This document shows, one piece after another, positions 21,053 through 29,942 of a stretch of 64,000 bases of DNA. The notes beneath the pieces were generated by a model. That model did not search any database and had not been told where the DNA came from. It saw only the letters and a program-made list of their open reading frames with translations. This stretch comes from a virus, in IMG/VR virus record IMGVR_UViG_3300029267_004179, positions 32,001-96,000 of that record; one strand, 5' to 3'. Each line of letters begins with the position of its first letter. The stretch's first letter is position 1. A program made the translations under genes and the position numbers.

Positions 21053-21928
21053 ATGACAATAGATAATATTTTTCAGCCTATCGTAATTGCAGGTCATGAA
21101 GTTAACTATGATTTTTTGCAATTAACACCTATTACTCACAATGTAAAAGACTCCTTCACGTTCTCCTACGGCGGGTTTACTTGGGTTATATGCACTAATG
21201 TAGATCAAGGACCGAACGGTGGTGGTTTGACGGTTTTTAAAGAAGTAAATGGTATTTTGACTTTCCATGCAAATCTTTTTACCGGCAGATACAAAATGTG
21301 GGCTCCGAGAGTGGTCATTGAAGACGATGTGCTATACGTTTTGGTTACTGACACACAAGGGACCGGGAATGAGCCTGACTGGTACAACCACATGAGGGCT
21401 TTTAAGTTTCAGTATGCTATCTTCAGTCCTACCAATTGGTGTAGCAATCCGGGGAAAATTGTTGTAGGTGATGACTCCTTCGGGATTATAGATGTTGAAC
21501 TGTTCAAAATCGGGGAGTTCTACTACCTTTGCTATGTCATTATGGACTGGCACCAAGGGGAATGGTGGGACTTATGGTGTTCTTGTGCTAATAACTGGTC
21601 CGGCCCATTTACTTCTCCAAATAAGGTTAACTTTTCGGGAGCGACAGAACACGGAATAGAAGAAGCGCCTTGTTATAATAAAGATGATGGAATGTTTTAT
21701 TTTTCAGTCAACGACAGTGCTACCATTTCATCTTTAAGGAGAGGTTATTTAATAAGCAGCGGTATAAATGCAGACGGTTCACAAATCCTGAATTTGAGCG
21801 AGGATGATATGTTTAGGATGCAAGATGTCAGTGGTGGACTATGTACCCATCCTGATTTTTGGAAAGGAAAAATAAGAGCAACTGGAAAAGGTGTTCATGG
21901 ATATCACATAATGGAGCAAATCATCTGA
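21053..21928 (+). CDS. five-bladed beta-propeller glycoside hydrolase (GH43-like)
   Basis: KDS, MWAP, IIDVELF and IEEAP match the GH43 xDP/WAP/IDP/EGP motifs. Confidence 0.6.
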   Translation: MTIDNIFQPIVIAGHEVNYDFLQLTPITHNVKDSFTFSYGGFTWVICTNVDQGPNGGGLTVFKEVNGILTFHANLFTGRYKMWAPRVVIEDDVLYVLVTDTQGTGNEPDWYNHMRAFKFQYAIFSPTNWCSNPGKIVVGDDSFGIIDVELFKIGEFYYLCYVIMDWHQGEWWDLWCSCANNWSGPFTSPNKVNFSGATEHGIEEAPCYNKDDGMFYFSVNDSATISSLRRGYLISSGINADGSQILNLSEDDMFRMQDVSGGLCTHPDFWKGKIRATGKGVHGYHIMEQII

Positions 21929-21941
21929 TCGGAGCTGTAAA

Positions 21942-22298
21942 ATGCCTACCAAAAAAGACGATCCTTTCTTAAAGTTGGCTACCGCTGTTGAAAAATTAAC
22001 AGGTAATCATCTTTGTGCTGGCGATAACTGCCCCAACTTCATAGGAGTAAAAGCATCTCAAAAAACATTTCAAGTGATTGTAATTTCTTTGATGGGAGTA
22101 TTATGTATAATGGCAGGGGCAGTTATGCTTCAGCTTGCCGCATTTAAGGATGATTACAAAAATGATTATGCTAAGGTACAAGATGTTATAACAAGGGTAG
22201 GTGTGGTAGAAAAAGACATAGAAACGCTTGAGATAAAAACAGACAATATCAATGCTCGTGTCTATAACCTTCAAATAAAAAATGCAAGGACTCCATAA
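21942..22298 (+). CDS. single-TM coiled-coil membrane protein (lysis-region, holin/XhlA-like)
   Basis: Hydrophobic VIVISLMGVLCIMAGAVML followed by heptad repeats. Confidence 0.55.
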   Translation: MPTKKDDPFLKLATAVEKLTGNHLCAGDNCPNFIGVKASQKTFQVIVISLMGVLCIMAGAVMLQLAAFKDDYKNDYAKVQDVITRVGVVEKDIETLEIKTDNINARVYNLQIKNARTP

Positions 22299-22299
22299 A

Positions 22300-23334
22300 A
22301 TGTCATTCTTATCGAATCTTATTTCAGGTATCACCGGCAAGAAGCTTGAAGAATCGGAACGACTTGTGGATGAAGCAAAATTAAGGATTCAATCGGCTTC
22401 TCAGGAATTACTTGAAGCAGCTTCAGAAGCAAAAGAACAAAGAGACCAGCTTGCTTTAAGTGAAAAAAAGTATAGGAATTTATTTCACAATTCACCGGTA
22501 GGTATGTTCAGGTTAAGTAACGATGGAACAAAATTCCTTGAAGTCAACAATAGGTCTGTTGAAATTCTTGGCTATGATAGTGTTGAAGACTTGATGAATG
22601 TTCATCCGATTACTATTTGTGCGTCCGCTGACGTTTTTCATCGCATCCAATCAATACTTGATAACAAAGGAAGGGTTATCAAATATATCTTTTGTGGTCG
22701 GAAAAAGAATGGAGAAATTGTCACATTGGAATCATCCATGAAGGTCTACCCACACGAAGATTACACTGAAGGGACTGTGATTGATGTCACTGAAAGGGTG
22801 AGAATAGCAAAGCTGAAGCAATATGCCTATGAACTTGCCAATCAAATGGTTGATCTTGCGTGGTATAAGGATAGTAATTTGAAGTTTTTGTTTATTAATG
22901 CTTCCGGTTTAAAAGTCCTTTTCGGCCCGGATATGAAGCTTTCTGATGTAGAAGGATTAAGCGATATAGATGTTGTCAGAAAACATTACAAGGGAAATTA
23001 TGATTCAAATCTTGTCGGAGAAGTCTGTCAAGCTACCGATAAGAAAACTATCGAAGCACGGAAACCATCCCGATTTATTGAAATTGCTAAAAATTTGGCA
23101 GGAGTAGAAGTCTGGCTTGATGTTTTTAAGGTGCCTTGTTTTGCTACTGATGGAAAATTTGTATCAATAGTTGGAAATGCAAGGCTTATACATGAGAATA
23201 TGCGGAGTGAATGTTCTTCTTTTTTAAAAGAGAAGATGGAAGAAGGCAAGGTTGATTTGGTTGCTGGGAAATTTTATCACCTAAAAGAATTTGAATATGC
23301 CGAACTAAGGGAAAGCATAATCGATAAATCTTGA
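22300..23334 (+). CDS. stand-alone tandem PAS-domain protein (alternative start 22282)
   Basis: SEKKYRNLF.NSPVGMF...DG..FLEVN...ILGY...DVTER (PAS 1); DLAWYKD....FLFIN...WLDV.KVP....DG....IVG.AR (PAS_4); no output domain. Confidence 0.9.
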   Translation: MSFLSNLISGITGKKLEESERLVDEAKLRIQSASQELLEAASEAKEQRDQLALSEKKYRNLFHNSPVGMFRLSNDGTKFLEVNNRSVEILGYDSVEDLMNVHPITICASADVFHRIQSILDNKGRVIKYIFCGRKKNGEIVTLESSMKVYPHEDYTEGTVIDVTERVRIAKLKQYAYELANQMVDLAWYKDSNLKFLFINASGLKVLFGPDMKLSDVEGLSDIDVVRKHYKGNYDSNLVGEVCQATDKKTIEARKPSRFIEIAKNLAGVEVWLDVFKVPCFATDGKFVSIVGNARLIHENMRSECSSFLKEKMEEGKVDLVAGKFYHLKEFEYAELRESIIDKS

Positions 23335-23347
23335 AAAGAATCATCAT

Positions 23348-23431
23348 CATTTAAGATTCTATCAGCATAAAATAAAAAACTAATATAAGGGTATAGGGTA
23401 AAAATTTTATAGGCCTTAAAAAGGAAATAAG
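23348..23431 (+). repeat. dispersed intergenic element, copy 3
   Basis: Core TATAGGGTAAAAATTTTATAGG at 23392-23413 with shared flanks. Confidence 0.95.
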
Positions 23432-23438
23432 GAAGCCG

Positions 23439-23867
23439 ATGGGAATCTTATTTAAACATTTTTCAGAAGTTCCTGAACGATTATGGAAATGGGATAATTT
23501 CAAACCGAATGAGTATTATCTTTTTTGCCCGTGTTGCGGGGAGTTCTACCTTGATTTTGAAAGTATGGATCGACTTCAAGCTGCAAGGGATAATATCGGT
23601 AGTCCTATTCGAATTAACAGTGGGCATCGATGTCCTATTCATAATGCAAGGGTAGGTGGCGCTCCATTATCTCAGCACAAAAAAATTGCTTTTGATATTT
23701 CTGTTTTTAATAGCGACAAAAAGAAAGTCCTTGAAGGATTAAAAAAAGCAGGTTTTACCACATACGGGTTCTATAAAACTTTTGTTCATACTGATATTCG
23801 TAAGGGTAGAATGTGGTATGGAAAAGGAGGTAAAGAGGCATGGATGGGATTAATTGGGCAGACGTGA
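23439..23867 (+). CDS. endolysin, peptidase M15A (Zn D-Ala-D-Ala carboxypeptidase-like)
   Basis: CPCCG, INSGHRC..HN..VGGA..SQH...AFDI, FVH.D.R. Confidence 0.92.
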   Translation: MGILFKHFSEVPERLWKWDNFKPNEYYLFCPCCGEFYLDFESMDRLQAARDNIGSPIRINSGHRCPIHNARVGGAPLSQHKKIAFDISVFNSDKKKVLEGLKKAGFTTYGFYKTFVHTDIRKGRMWYGKGGKEAWMGLIGQT

Positions 23868-24370
23868 TAGGGGTAGGGGCATCTGCTGCCACCGGCGGCA
23901 TTTTTGGACTCGTTGGTAGTCTTGTCGGCGCTGTTGGCAAATATTTCCAAAAGAAACAGGAACAGTCGTTTCTTCGGGAAAAATGGGATTATGAAACAAA
24001 GCTTCTTGAATTGAACATGAAAAAAGGAATACAAGAGTTTGATCATGAAATGGCATTAACCGCTCAACAAGGATCATGGTCGGGGCTTGAAGCATCGTAT
24101 AAGCATGATGCATCTATAGGGCCAGTTCACAAGTGGGTAAATGATATAGTAAAGTTGTTTAGGCCGGTCTTAACTATCGCACTTTGGATTTTATGCGGAA
24201 TAATCTTTTGGTGGTTTGGGCAGAAGGAGTTTTCTGAAACCCTTTCATCAGAAGATATTTTTATTTTAAAAAGATATATGATCCATACCACCTTCTTTGC
24301 TGCTGGTTCTGCTGCAATGTGGTGGTTCGGAGAACGGTCTTTAACTCCACCTGATATGAAACACAAATAG
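23840..24370 (+). CDS. putative holin (3-TM type)
   Basis: N-terminal GGIFGLVG helix, WV.....FRP.LT, WWFG.R; next to the endolysin. Confidence 0.75.
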   Translation: MDGINWADVIGVGASAATGGIFGLVGSLVGAVGKYFQKKQEQSFLREKWDYETKLLELNMKKGIQEFDHEMALTAQQGSWSGLEASYKHDASIGPVHKWVNDIVKLFRPVLTIALWILCGIIFWWFGQKEFSETLSSEDIFILKRYMIHTTFFAAGSAAMWWFGERSLTPPDMKHK

Positions 24371-24378
24371 GTGATGCT

Positions 24379-24705
24379 ATGTTTAAAAAATACAAAGAAT
24401 GGTCGATAGTAAAGAAGATTACCGCTATCTGTGGGTTGATAACTGCCTTGGCAGGGGTCGTGACTCTTCTTTTTACTATCGATCATCGATTTGCTAAGAG
24501 TAGTGAGCTGAAGAAAGTCAAAACAAGGCTTGAGCATAAGATTGAAAGTGATCATTATCAGTGGTTGGAGCAAAGATCATATACTTTAAAGGATAGATAT
24601 ATTAATAAGCCTATGCCGCAGTCTGTGAAAGAAGAAATACGGAAAATTGAAGATGATTTGAAGTGGTTAAGGGAGAAGATTAAAAGCCTGATGAAAGATG
24701 ATTAA
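24379..24705 (+). CDS. membrane protein (lysis region)
   Basis: One TM segment followed by a charged helix. Confidence 0.6.
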   Translation: MFKKYKEWSIVKKITAICGLITALAGVVTLLFTIDHRFAKSSELKKVKTRLEHKIESDHYQWLEQRSYTLKDRYINKPMPQSVKEEIRKIEDDLKWLREKIKSLMKDD

Positions 24706-24926
24706 TCATTGTGAACAAAACACAGATCACCTATATGATCTTCCCATAATTGAACGTGTGCTTGTACTTCAGGATCATCTTCCAGCCCTTTTTCTTTGAT
24801 GATATCTTTTAATTCTTGAACTATTTCTTCTGTGACAAGTAGTCCTTTTATTATCTTGGATGTTTTCTCTGAATAACTTTTTCTATTTTTGAGCGGGTTT
24901 GGGAAAAAAGCAATAGTAGCACCCAT
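24702..24926 (-). CDS. hypothetical protein
   Basis: AGGA RBS; last gene of the minus-strand block. Confidence 0.55.
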   Translation of the reverse strand: MGATIAFFPNPLKNRKSYSEKTSKIIKGLLVTEEIVQELKDIIKEKGLEDDPEVQAHVQLWEDHIGDLCFVHND

Positions 24927-24927
24927 T

Positions 24928-25173
24928 TCACTTTCCTTTCTTCTTTTTTGGCGTCTTGGCCTGAAAGATTCTTGATCTTGCTTCTACAAGTTTTTCTATA
25001 ACAACATCAACTTCTTCTTTTTTAAAAATCATCGAGTCCCAAATTGTAGTGCCTGGGTGTTTAATTTTTAGCAGAATCCTTTTGACATCATCTCCTCCTC
25101 TTGGGATATATTTAGACGCTTCTACTATGAGTTTGTCTCTTTTTAACTTTTTTTTCTTTCTTATTCTTTCCAT
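24928..25173 (-). CDS. hypothetical basic protein
   Basis: AAGGA RBS; tight gene packing. Confidence 0.55.
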   Translation of the reverse strand: MERIRKKKKLKRDKLIVEASKYIPRGGDDVKRILLKIKHPGTTIWDSMIFKKEEVDVVIEKLVEARSRIFQAKTPKKKKGK

Positions 25174-25189
25174 AAAGTTTCCTTTTTTG

Positions 25190-25600
25190 TCAAATTACCC
25201 ATTCACTTGGCCTTCTGATTTTAAAGTCGCCATAGAAGTCTCTGCTTGAAGGATTATCTTCAGAAGAAAAACCTTCTTCACCTTCTATACCTACCTCATA
25301 TTTTTCATCCAATTCTTTGTTGGTAAATTGCTTAAAGAATGAATTAAGGATACGGAAGAGCTTTTCATAGACAATAATCTTGTTTGCTACTTCTTTCATA
25401 ATTTCATCGAAATGGGTGCAATACTCAGGAGAGATTACTGGGGTGTCATTAGATTTAAATCTAATGGCTTCATTTGTCCCATCTGTTAAATATTCTATGC
25501 GAAATAAACCATCATCTATATAGTCAAAAGTAAAGTCTTCATATTTATCATGTATGAAGTCGAATAGATCACATTGAAGCATTACAAGTTTTGTTTCCAT
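25190..25600 (-). CDS. hypothetical protein
   Basis: AGGAGG RBS before ATG 25600. Confidence 0.6.
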   Translation of the reverse strand: METKLVMLQCDLFDFIHDKYEDFTFDYIDDGLFRIEYLTDGTNEAIRFKSNDTPVISPEYCTHFDEIMKEVANKIIVYEKLFRILNSFFKQFTNKELDEKYEVGIEGEEGFSSEDNPSSRDFYGDFKIRRPSEWVI

Positions 25601-25610
25601 TATATTCCTC

Positions 25611-25838
25611 CTATTGTATTGTGACTTCTTCAACTGAAAAGAAATCACCAAGATGGGTTTTTACATTTTCAATTAGAAGCCTTGAGTCTTCTTTGTCTTT
25701 TCCTTCCGGCATATTATCTGTTACTTCTATCATTTGGTTGATGAAAGTTTCATCAATTATCTCTTCTCCAGGTTCCCCGAATTTAAACCCAAGAGGATTT
25801 GGTCGGAATTTAAAAAGTAGTTTTTTCATAATTATCAC
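25611..25838 (-). CDS. hypothetical protein
   Basis: ORF within the co-oriented block. Confidence 0.5.
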   Translation of the reverse strand: MIIMKKLLFKFRPNPLGFKFGEPGEEIIDETFINQMIEVTDNMPEGKDKEDSRLLIENVKTHLGDFFSVEEVTIQ

Positions 25839-25866
25839 TTGTGCTATAGTGTGTGTATAGTTCTTT

Positions 25867-26229
25867 TTATATCTTCAAGTTTTTGTTTTTGTCCTGAATT
25901 CTTTTCCGTCTTGCTCGTTCTTTTTCAGCATCCTCTTTTAGACTTTTTAACTCAAGACAAATAGCCTTAACATTCCCGGCAGTTTCTAAGATAATTGTGT
26001 TATCATATACTACTTTAAGTTCGAATATGTTGGGCTTTATACTATAAACCCCTATATAGCTGTTAGTATCAGATATGATTTGGTTTCCTCTTGTTTCGGG
26101 GTTCATTCTAAGTCTAATTATTTCTTTTTTATACCTATTTATCTGACGGTTGATTGTTTGTTTGTTTTCTTCCAAACTTATCCGTAGTCTTGCATCTTCT
26201 TTTGAAAGGTCAAACTTTTCATTTGGCAT
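25867..26229 (-). CDS. hypothetical protein
   Basis: AGGAG RBS. Confidence 0.55.
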   Translation of the reverse strand: MPNEKFDLSKEDARLRISLEENKQTINRQINRYKKEIIRLRMNPETRGNQIISDTNSYIGVYSIKPNIFELKVVYDNTIILETAGNVKAICLELKSLKEDAEKERARRKRIQDKNKNLKI

Positions 26230-26277
26230 TTTAGAACTCCTTTTGTTGAAGCCATTAATCGAACAACTATATCTAAT

Positions 26278-26469
26278 TTATTCATAAACCTTGCGGCAAT
26301 GTCTGTCTTTCCAAGGTTGTTGGGTTTTTGCGTATCTATAGCATTTATCTCCATAAACACCCTTTGCTCCATAGTGGGCGAAACCACATAGTGGACAGCT
26401 ACTATAATCACCTATATTAAAAATCCATTCACAGGAAGCACAAACCCTTAATTTTGCGTGTTGACCCAT
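26278..26469 (-). CDS. small zinc-ribbon protein
   Basis: LRVCASCEWIF...CPLCGFAHYGA..VYG motif. Confidence 0.65.
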   Translation of the reverse strand: MGQHAKLRVCASCEWIFNIGDYSSCPLCGFAHYGAKGVYGDKCYRYAKTQQPWKDRHCRKVYE

Positions 26470-26472
26470 AGT

Positions 26473-26871
26473 CTAATCCATTGGCGTCATATACCCTTCG
26501 GTAATTTGATATAATTCACATCTGAACACAGTACAGCTACTTGTATTTCTTTTTTCGCAATTGGAACAGAAGATATAGCAGTGTTCAAGTTTTTCTTTCA
26601 GCTCATCACATTCATTTTCACAGGTATCATATTTTTCTTTTAGTTCATTGACTTCTTTTTCATATTCGAGTTTTTCACTTCCAATGATCTCAATAATCCC
26701 TATTAGATCATCAGTTATTGATCTAATAGCATAGGTGTTAATCACAATCTCCTGCAACCGGTTAAAGTTTTCTTTTCTGATTACAGGAACACATTTTAAT
26801 TCTGTAGCCATTTTGATTATTTTTTCTTCTGCTTCTTTTATGGTTTTTAATATTTCAGATGTTTTTATCAT
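26473..26871 (-). CDS. coiled-coil hypothetical protein
   Basis: GGAGG RBS; C-terminal Cys cluster. Confidence 0.55.
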   Translation of the reverse strand: MIKTSEILKTIKEAEEKIIKMATELKCVPVIRKENFNRLQEIVINTYAIRSITDDLIGIIEIIGSEKLEYEKEVNELKEKYDTCENECDELKEKLEHCYIFCSNCEKRNTSSCTVFRCELYQITEGYMTPMD

Positions 26872-27167
26872 TTAATCCTCCAGCATCTTATTCCCAAATG
26901 CCCATTTTCAACCACCTTTCGGCAGGTGAAATCCATATGCTTTTCAATTCTGCATTTCTTTGCTTTCTTCCGGCGAATAACACTCTGTTTAATGTTCATA
27001 ATGGTGAAACATTGATCACGATATGTTTTTGTCTTGATAAAGAAAGATTCACCGATGCTCATTTTATGGAAAGGGTATTTATTGAATGGCCTTGGTTTAT
27101 TCTTTGGTCCTCTTTTGATTTTTGGTAATGGTATTCCAGATTCAACAGTAGGCATATGGATAGTCAT
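26868..27167 (-). CDS. putative small DNA-binding protein
   Basis: VESGIPLP...KYPF..M.IGESF and GIR.WR motif common in phage proteins. Confidence 0.6.
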   Translation of the reverse strand: MTIHMPTVESGIPLPKIKRGPKNKPRPFNKYPFHKMSIGESFFIKTKTYRDQCFTIMNIKQSVIRRKKAKKCRIEKHMDFTCRKVVENGHLGIRCWRIK

Positions 27168-27496
27168 ATATCCCCCATCTTTCCTTTTGCTTCTTCGTCA
27201 AGAAAAATCTTTTCACCCTTTGAAATGATGGTGAAAGACAGATCAGGATTCCCGTAAAGAATATAGTGTGCAAGGGTTTTATACTTGTCTTCCCGGTCAG
27301 CAAAGAAGGATTCAACCTTATGATCATCCCATGATGCAGGGATAACTATCGGGATATTTAAGCTAATTTCCATTTTGGCATATCTTTTAATTAAAATACA
27401 TTGATCGCTATGTACTTCGCCTACCCTTGACAAACATCCACGGCATATACAATCAACATCCCCTACGGCTTTTTCAGTTACGATATAATCCGACAT
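27164..27496 (-). CDS. hypothetical protein
   Basis: AAGGAG RBS; CxxC....G..H...C motif. Confidence 0.6.
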   Translation of the reverse strand: MSDYIVTEKAVGDVDCICRGCLSRVGEVHSDQCILIKRYAKMEISLNIPIVIPASWDDHKVESFFADREDKYKTLAHYILYGNPDLSFTIISKGEKIFLDEEAKGKMGDI

Positions 27497-27501
27497 CTTA
27501 A

Positions 27502-27582
27502 CTACTCCTTACAAAGTCTGATTTTTACCAATTCTTCGGCATGACCATAGATGTGGAGCCCTTTACTTGCTGTGATGATGGG
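27502..27582 (-). pseudogene. C-terminal remnant of a ThyA-type thymidylate synthase
   Basis: Start-less frame PIITASKGLHIYGHAEELVKIRLCKE* matches the S.xLH(I/L)Y end motif of TS-fold enzymes. Confidence 0.5.
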
Positions 27583-27832
27583 CCGGAAGCAACTACAATT
27601 TCATCAACCCTTTTTTCAAGATTCCCTAAACTGAAGATATATGGAACATATTCAACACACAGTTCACACCGGTAAAAGGTTTCTTCATCATTGTTGACAA
27701 GTAGTCCTTTATCGAATAATTTGCAAATATTGTTACTACGATCAATAGGGCAATCACCACATTCTTTTTCTTTTTGTTTGTAGGTATCTGCCGGTTGAAC
27801 TTTATGTATTTTTTAGAGTCATCGGTTATCAT
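27525..27832 (-). pseudogene. frameshifted Cys-rich hypothetical gene
   Basis: AGGAG+ATG at 27832; a protein-like continuation (ECGDCP...CKLF...RCELC) lies in the -1 frame after the A6 run at 27809-27814. Confidence 0.45.
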
Positions 27833-28013
27833 TACTTTTCTCCTGAGAAACATGTGATCCACATAATGGGCATTTTGGAAGTCCTTTATTTTCACAATCT
27901 TCTATGTCACAATCTTCTATATATCCTTGCCAAGAGCAGCTTTCATTACAGCATATACACCGAATACCAGGTAGGTGGTTATTAACAAAAGTTTTACTTT
28001 CTATTTTCATCAA
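27819..28013 (-). CDS. small zinc-finger protein
   Basis: CxCC ... CPLCG. Confidence 0.5.
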   Translation of the reverse strand: MMKIESKTFVNNHLPGIRCICCNESCSWQGYIEDCDIEDCENKGLPKCPLCGSHVSQEKSNDNR

Positions 28014-28146
28014 TCAAGTTCCTTAGTTTTTTCAACTCCATTTTAATCAGTACCCAGTCTTTCATTGGAGATTCGTTGGTTCAGAATGCTTCTGAAAATA
28101 GCTTGTCGAGTCTCTGTTCATATTTTGGCAAGGGCTTAATTTTCAT
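27994..28146 (-). pseudogene. small gene interrupted by an in-frame TGA
   Basis: ATGA-coupled to the 3D gene; MKIKPLPKYEQRLDKLFSEAF*TNESPMKDWVLIKMELKKLRNLIDENRK*; TGA at 28081-28083. Confidence 0.45.
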
Positions 28147-28730
28147 TTTATTTTACTCCACAATTCCTTTCTGAAAATATAGATATTGGCTTTTGTTCTA
28201 CCTACTTTCAATGCTTCTTTTTTTGTCCACATAAAAATATCAACAGATCGTGTTATCTTCTTGCCTGTCCTTTTTGACTTGAATCCCATTCGATCATCGA
28301 ACATAAAGATACCATACCCTTCAATCCAGATATAATCACCACGATTAAGTAACATCACCTTTTCAATATCTCTTGAGATAGCACAAATGCCTTGAGCCAC
28401 GTTGGTTTGAAAGGCAGTTGTAAAAGGTGTATCATCTGTTTCATCAATGGAAGGACTATATGCAGTCACTTCTACCTGTGGGATGCAAAGAGCAAGGAGT
28501 TTTTGGGAGAATATTGTGTCTTTGATTATGGATAGTTGTCGGTTGGTCTCGGTCACTTCTGAATTGACTTTTTTAAGGATGTCAAAGTTGTTTTGGTTAA
28601 AATCAGACGGAGCAGTAAGAAATTTGGTATCGTAAAGTATATTCATAATGGCGATTGTCAGTATAGTAATTAATATAGCCAAAACTACAATTATATAATT
28701 TTGGGCTTTATCCCCAATGCTTGCTTTCAT
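28143..28730 (-). CDS. membrane-anchored 3D-domain (lytic transglycosylase-like) protein
   Basis: N-terminal TM; VTAYS...TD..PF.TA, AISRD, IEGYG, DDRMG, VDIFM. Confidence 0.85.
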   Translation of the reverse strand: MKASIGDKAQNYIIVVLAILITILTIAIMNILYDTKFLTAPSDFNQNNFDILKKVNSEVTETNRQLSIIKDTIFSQKLLALCIPQVEVTAYSPSIDETDDTPFTTAFQTNVAQGICAISRDIEKVMLLNRGDYIWIEGYGIFMFDDRMGFKSKRTGKKITRSVDIFMWTKKEALKVGRTKANIYIFRKELWSKIK

Positions 28731-28748
28731 CCAAACTCCTTTATATTT

Positions 28749-28979
28749 TTATTTTTCTTCTACTACTGAACAATCACTTGGACCGCCTACCCATGAGTCA
28801 AGATAAGATTGTGCTTCTTGTTGTGATTCAAATTCAACCGGTGTTTCGCCTTGTCCTTCAGGACTTTTTTCAAAAAAGCCAAGTCCTAATATTTCACCTA
28901 CAAATAGCCCACTTGTTTTTTTGATCTTATGCAAAACGGCATGGTTGTTGTTCCTTTCATTGCCATATTTTGTTTTCAT
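28749..28979 (-). CDS. hypothetical protein
   Basis: Coupled ORF in the block. Confidence 0.5.
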   Translation of the reverse strand: MKTKYGNERNNNHAVLHKIKKTSGLFVGEILGLGFFEKSPEGQGETPVEFESQQEAQSYLDSWVGGPSDCSVVEEK

Positions 28980-29242
28980 TCAAAATCATTCATATTTTTA
29001 TTTTTATTTTTAAGCTCAAGAAGTATGTCGGCTAATACTTCTTGGATCGCTTTGACATCTGCTTGTAGCTCATCAACCTTCTGTTGATTTTCTATCGCTA
29101 TAGTTTTGGTCGTGATGTATTTAGGCTTGTTGGTGGTCTTGTTGAGCATGATGTTTTCAAACCAAAGAATAAAGGGAAAGACAATAGTGGCAGTAATAAA
29201 AACAATAAGAACACTCTTCCATATATCCTTTTTAAGTTTCAT
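28976..29242 (-). CDS. membrane protein with coiled coil
   Basis: N-terminal TM segment; RBS. Confidence 0.55.
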   Translation of the reverse strand: MKLKKDIWKSVLIVFITATIVFPFILWFENIMLNKTTNKPKYITTKTIAIENQQKVDELQADVKAIQEVLADILLELKNKNKNMNDFE

Positions 29243-29255
29243 ATCTATCCCCTGT

Positions 29256-29513
29256 TTATAAATACTTTACAACATATCCGATTAGGTCAGAGACTCCATG
29301 CCCCATTTCACATCCTGCGTGACAACTTATCAGAGCCAGTGGTTGACCTATAAGGATTTCCGGCATAGTATACCCATGAACAACAGCTACCAATATCTGT
29401 TGGGCATGGTTCTCGTTGGTGCAGCTATCGTCATACACCTTTCCACATAACCGGCATCTATACTGGAATATTGCTGTTTTCATATCTACCCCTTGAACTA
29501 TGGCCTCAATCAC
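29256..29513 (-). CDS. zinc-ribbon hypothetical protein
   Basis: YRCRLCG ... H..C..G.G.SDLIG. Confidence 0.6.
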   Translation of the reverse strand: MIEAIVQGVDMKTAIFQYRCRLCGKVYDDSCTNENHAQQILVAVVHGYTMPEILIGQPLALISCHAGCEMGHGVSDLIGYVVKYL

Positions 29514-29649
29514 TTATGAAGTAATAATGTAAAAAAAGATTAGTCAAGACTGCTGCAAGAAAACAGGAAATTACAAAGGTAGCAATATACATTTCCCCTT
29601 ACAGCTTCTTCACTAATTTTTTTATTTAAGAAGTCATTAATCTTTTTCA

Positions 29650-29942
29650 TTATTTATCATATTCTTTCCTTATTCCTATGGCGTTAATTCTCATAGTAAG
29701 CCCTTTAATATCACGACTTATTTCTTGTAATGAATGGTTCATCTCTTCCATTGTTTGGCTTATTTGATAAAGACCGACTTCTTTTTGAGTTTGAAGCCCT
29801 ACCGATGTTTCTACTAATTCAGTTTTGGGCGAGGCTTCCTGTACTCCTTTTGACATTATTAGTGGAATTAACACAGAAAAACAACACCAAGAATAGCAAA
29901 CACAATCATCAATTCCATAAAAGTTGCACCTTTACTACCCAT
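29650..29942 (-). pseudogene. type IV pilin-like gene split by a 1-nt frameshift
   Basis: MGSKG|ATFMELMIVFAILGVVF, then VLIP in the -1 frame: Glu5, Gly14 and Pro22 of the prepilin helix; break in the T5 run at 29877-29881. Confidence 0.7.

Noticed and set aside
28081-28083. In-frame TGA as selenocysteine or genetic-code reassignment
   Set aside because: TGA, TAG and TAA all end normal genes elsewhere; no clear SECIS hairpin or redox motif; a nonsense mutation is simpler
29510-29650. Another frameshifted membrane-protein gene
   Set aside because: An intervening stop means a single homopolymer indel does not cleanly repair it; too ambiguous
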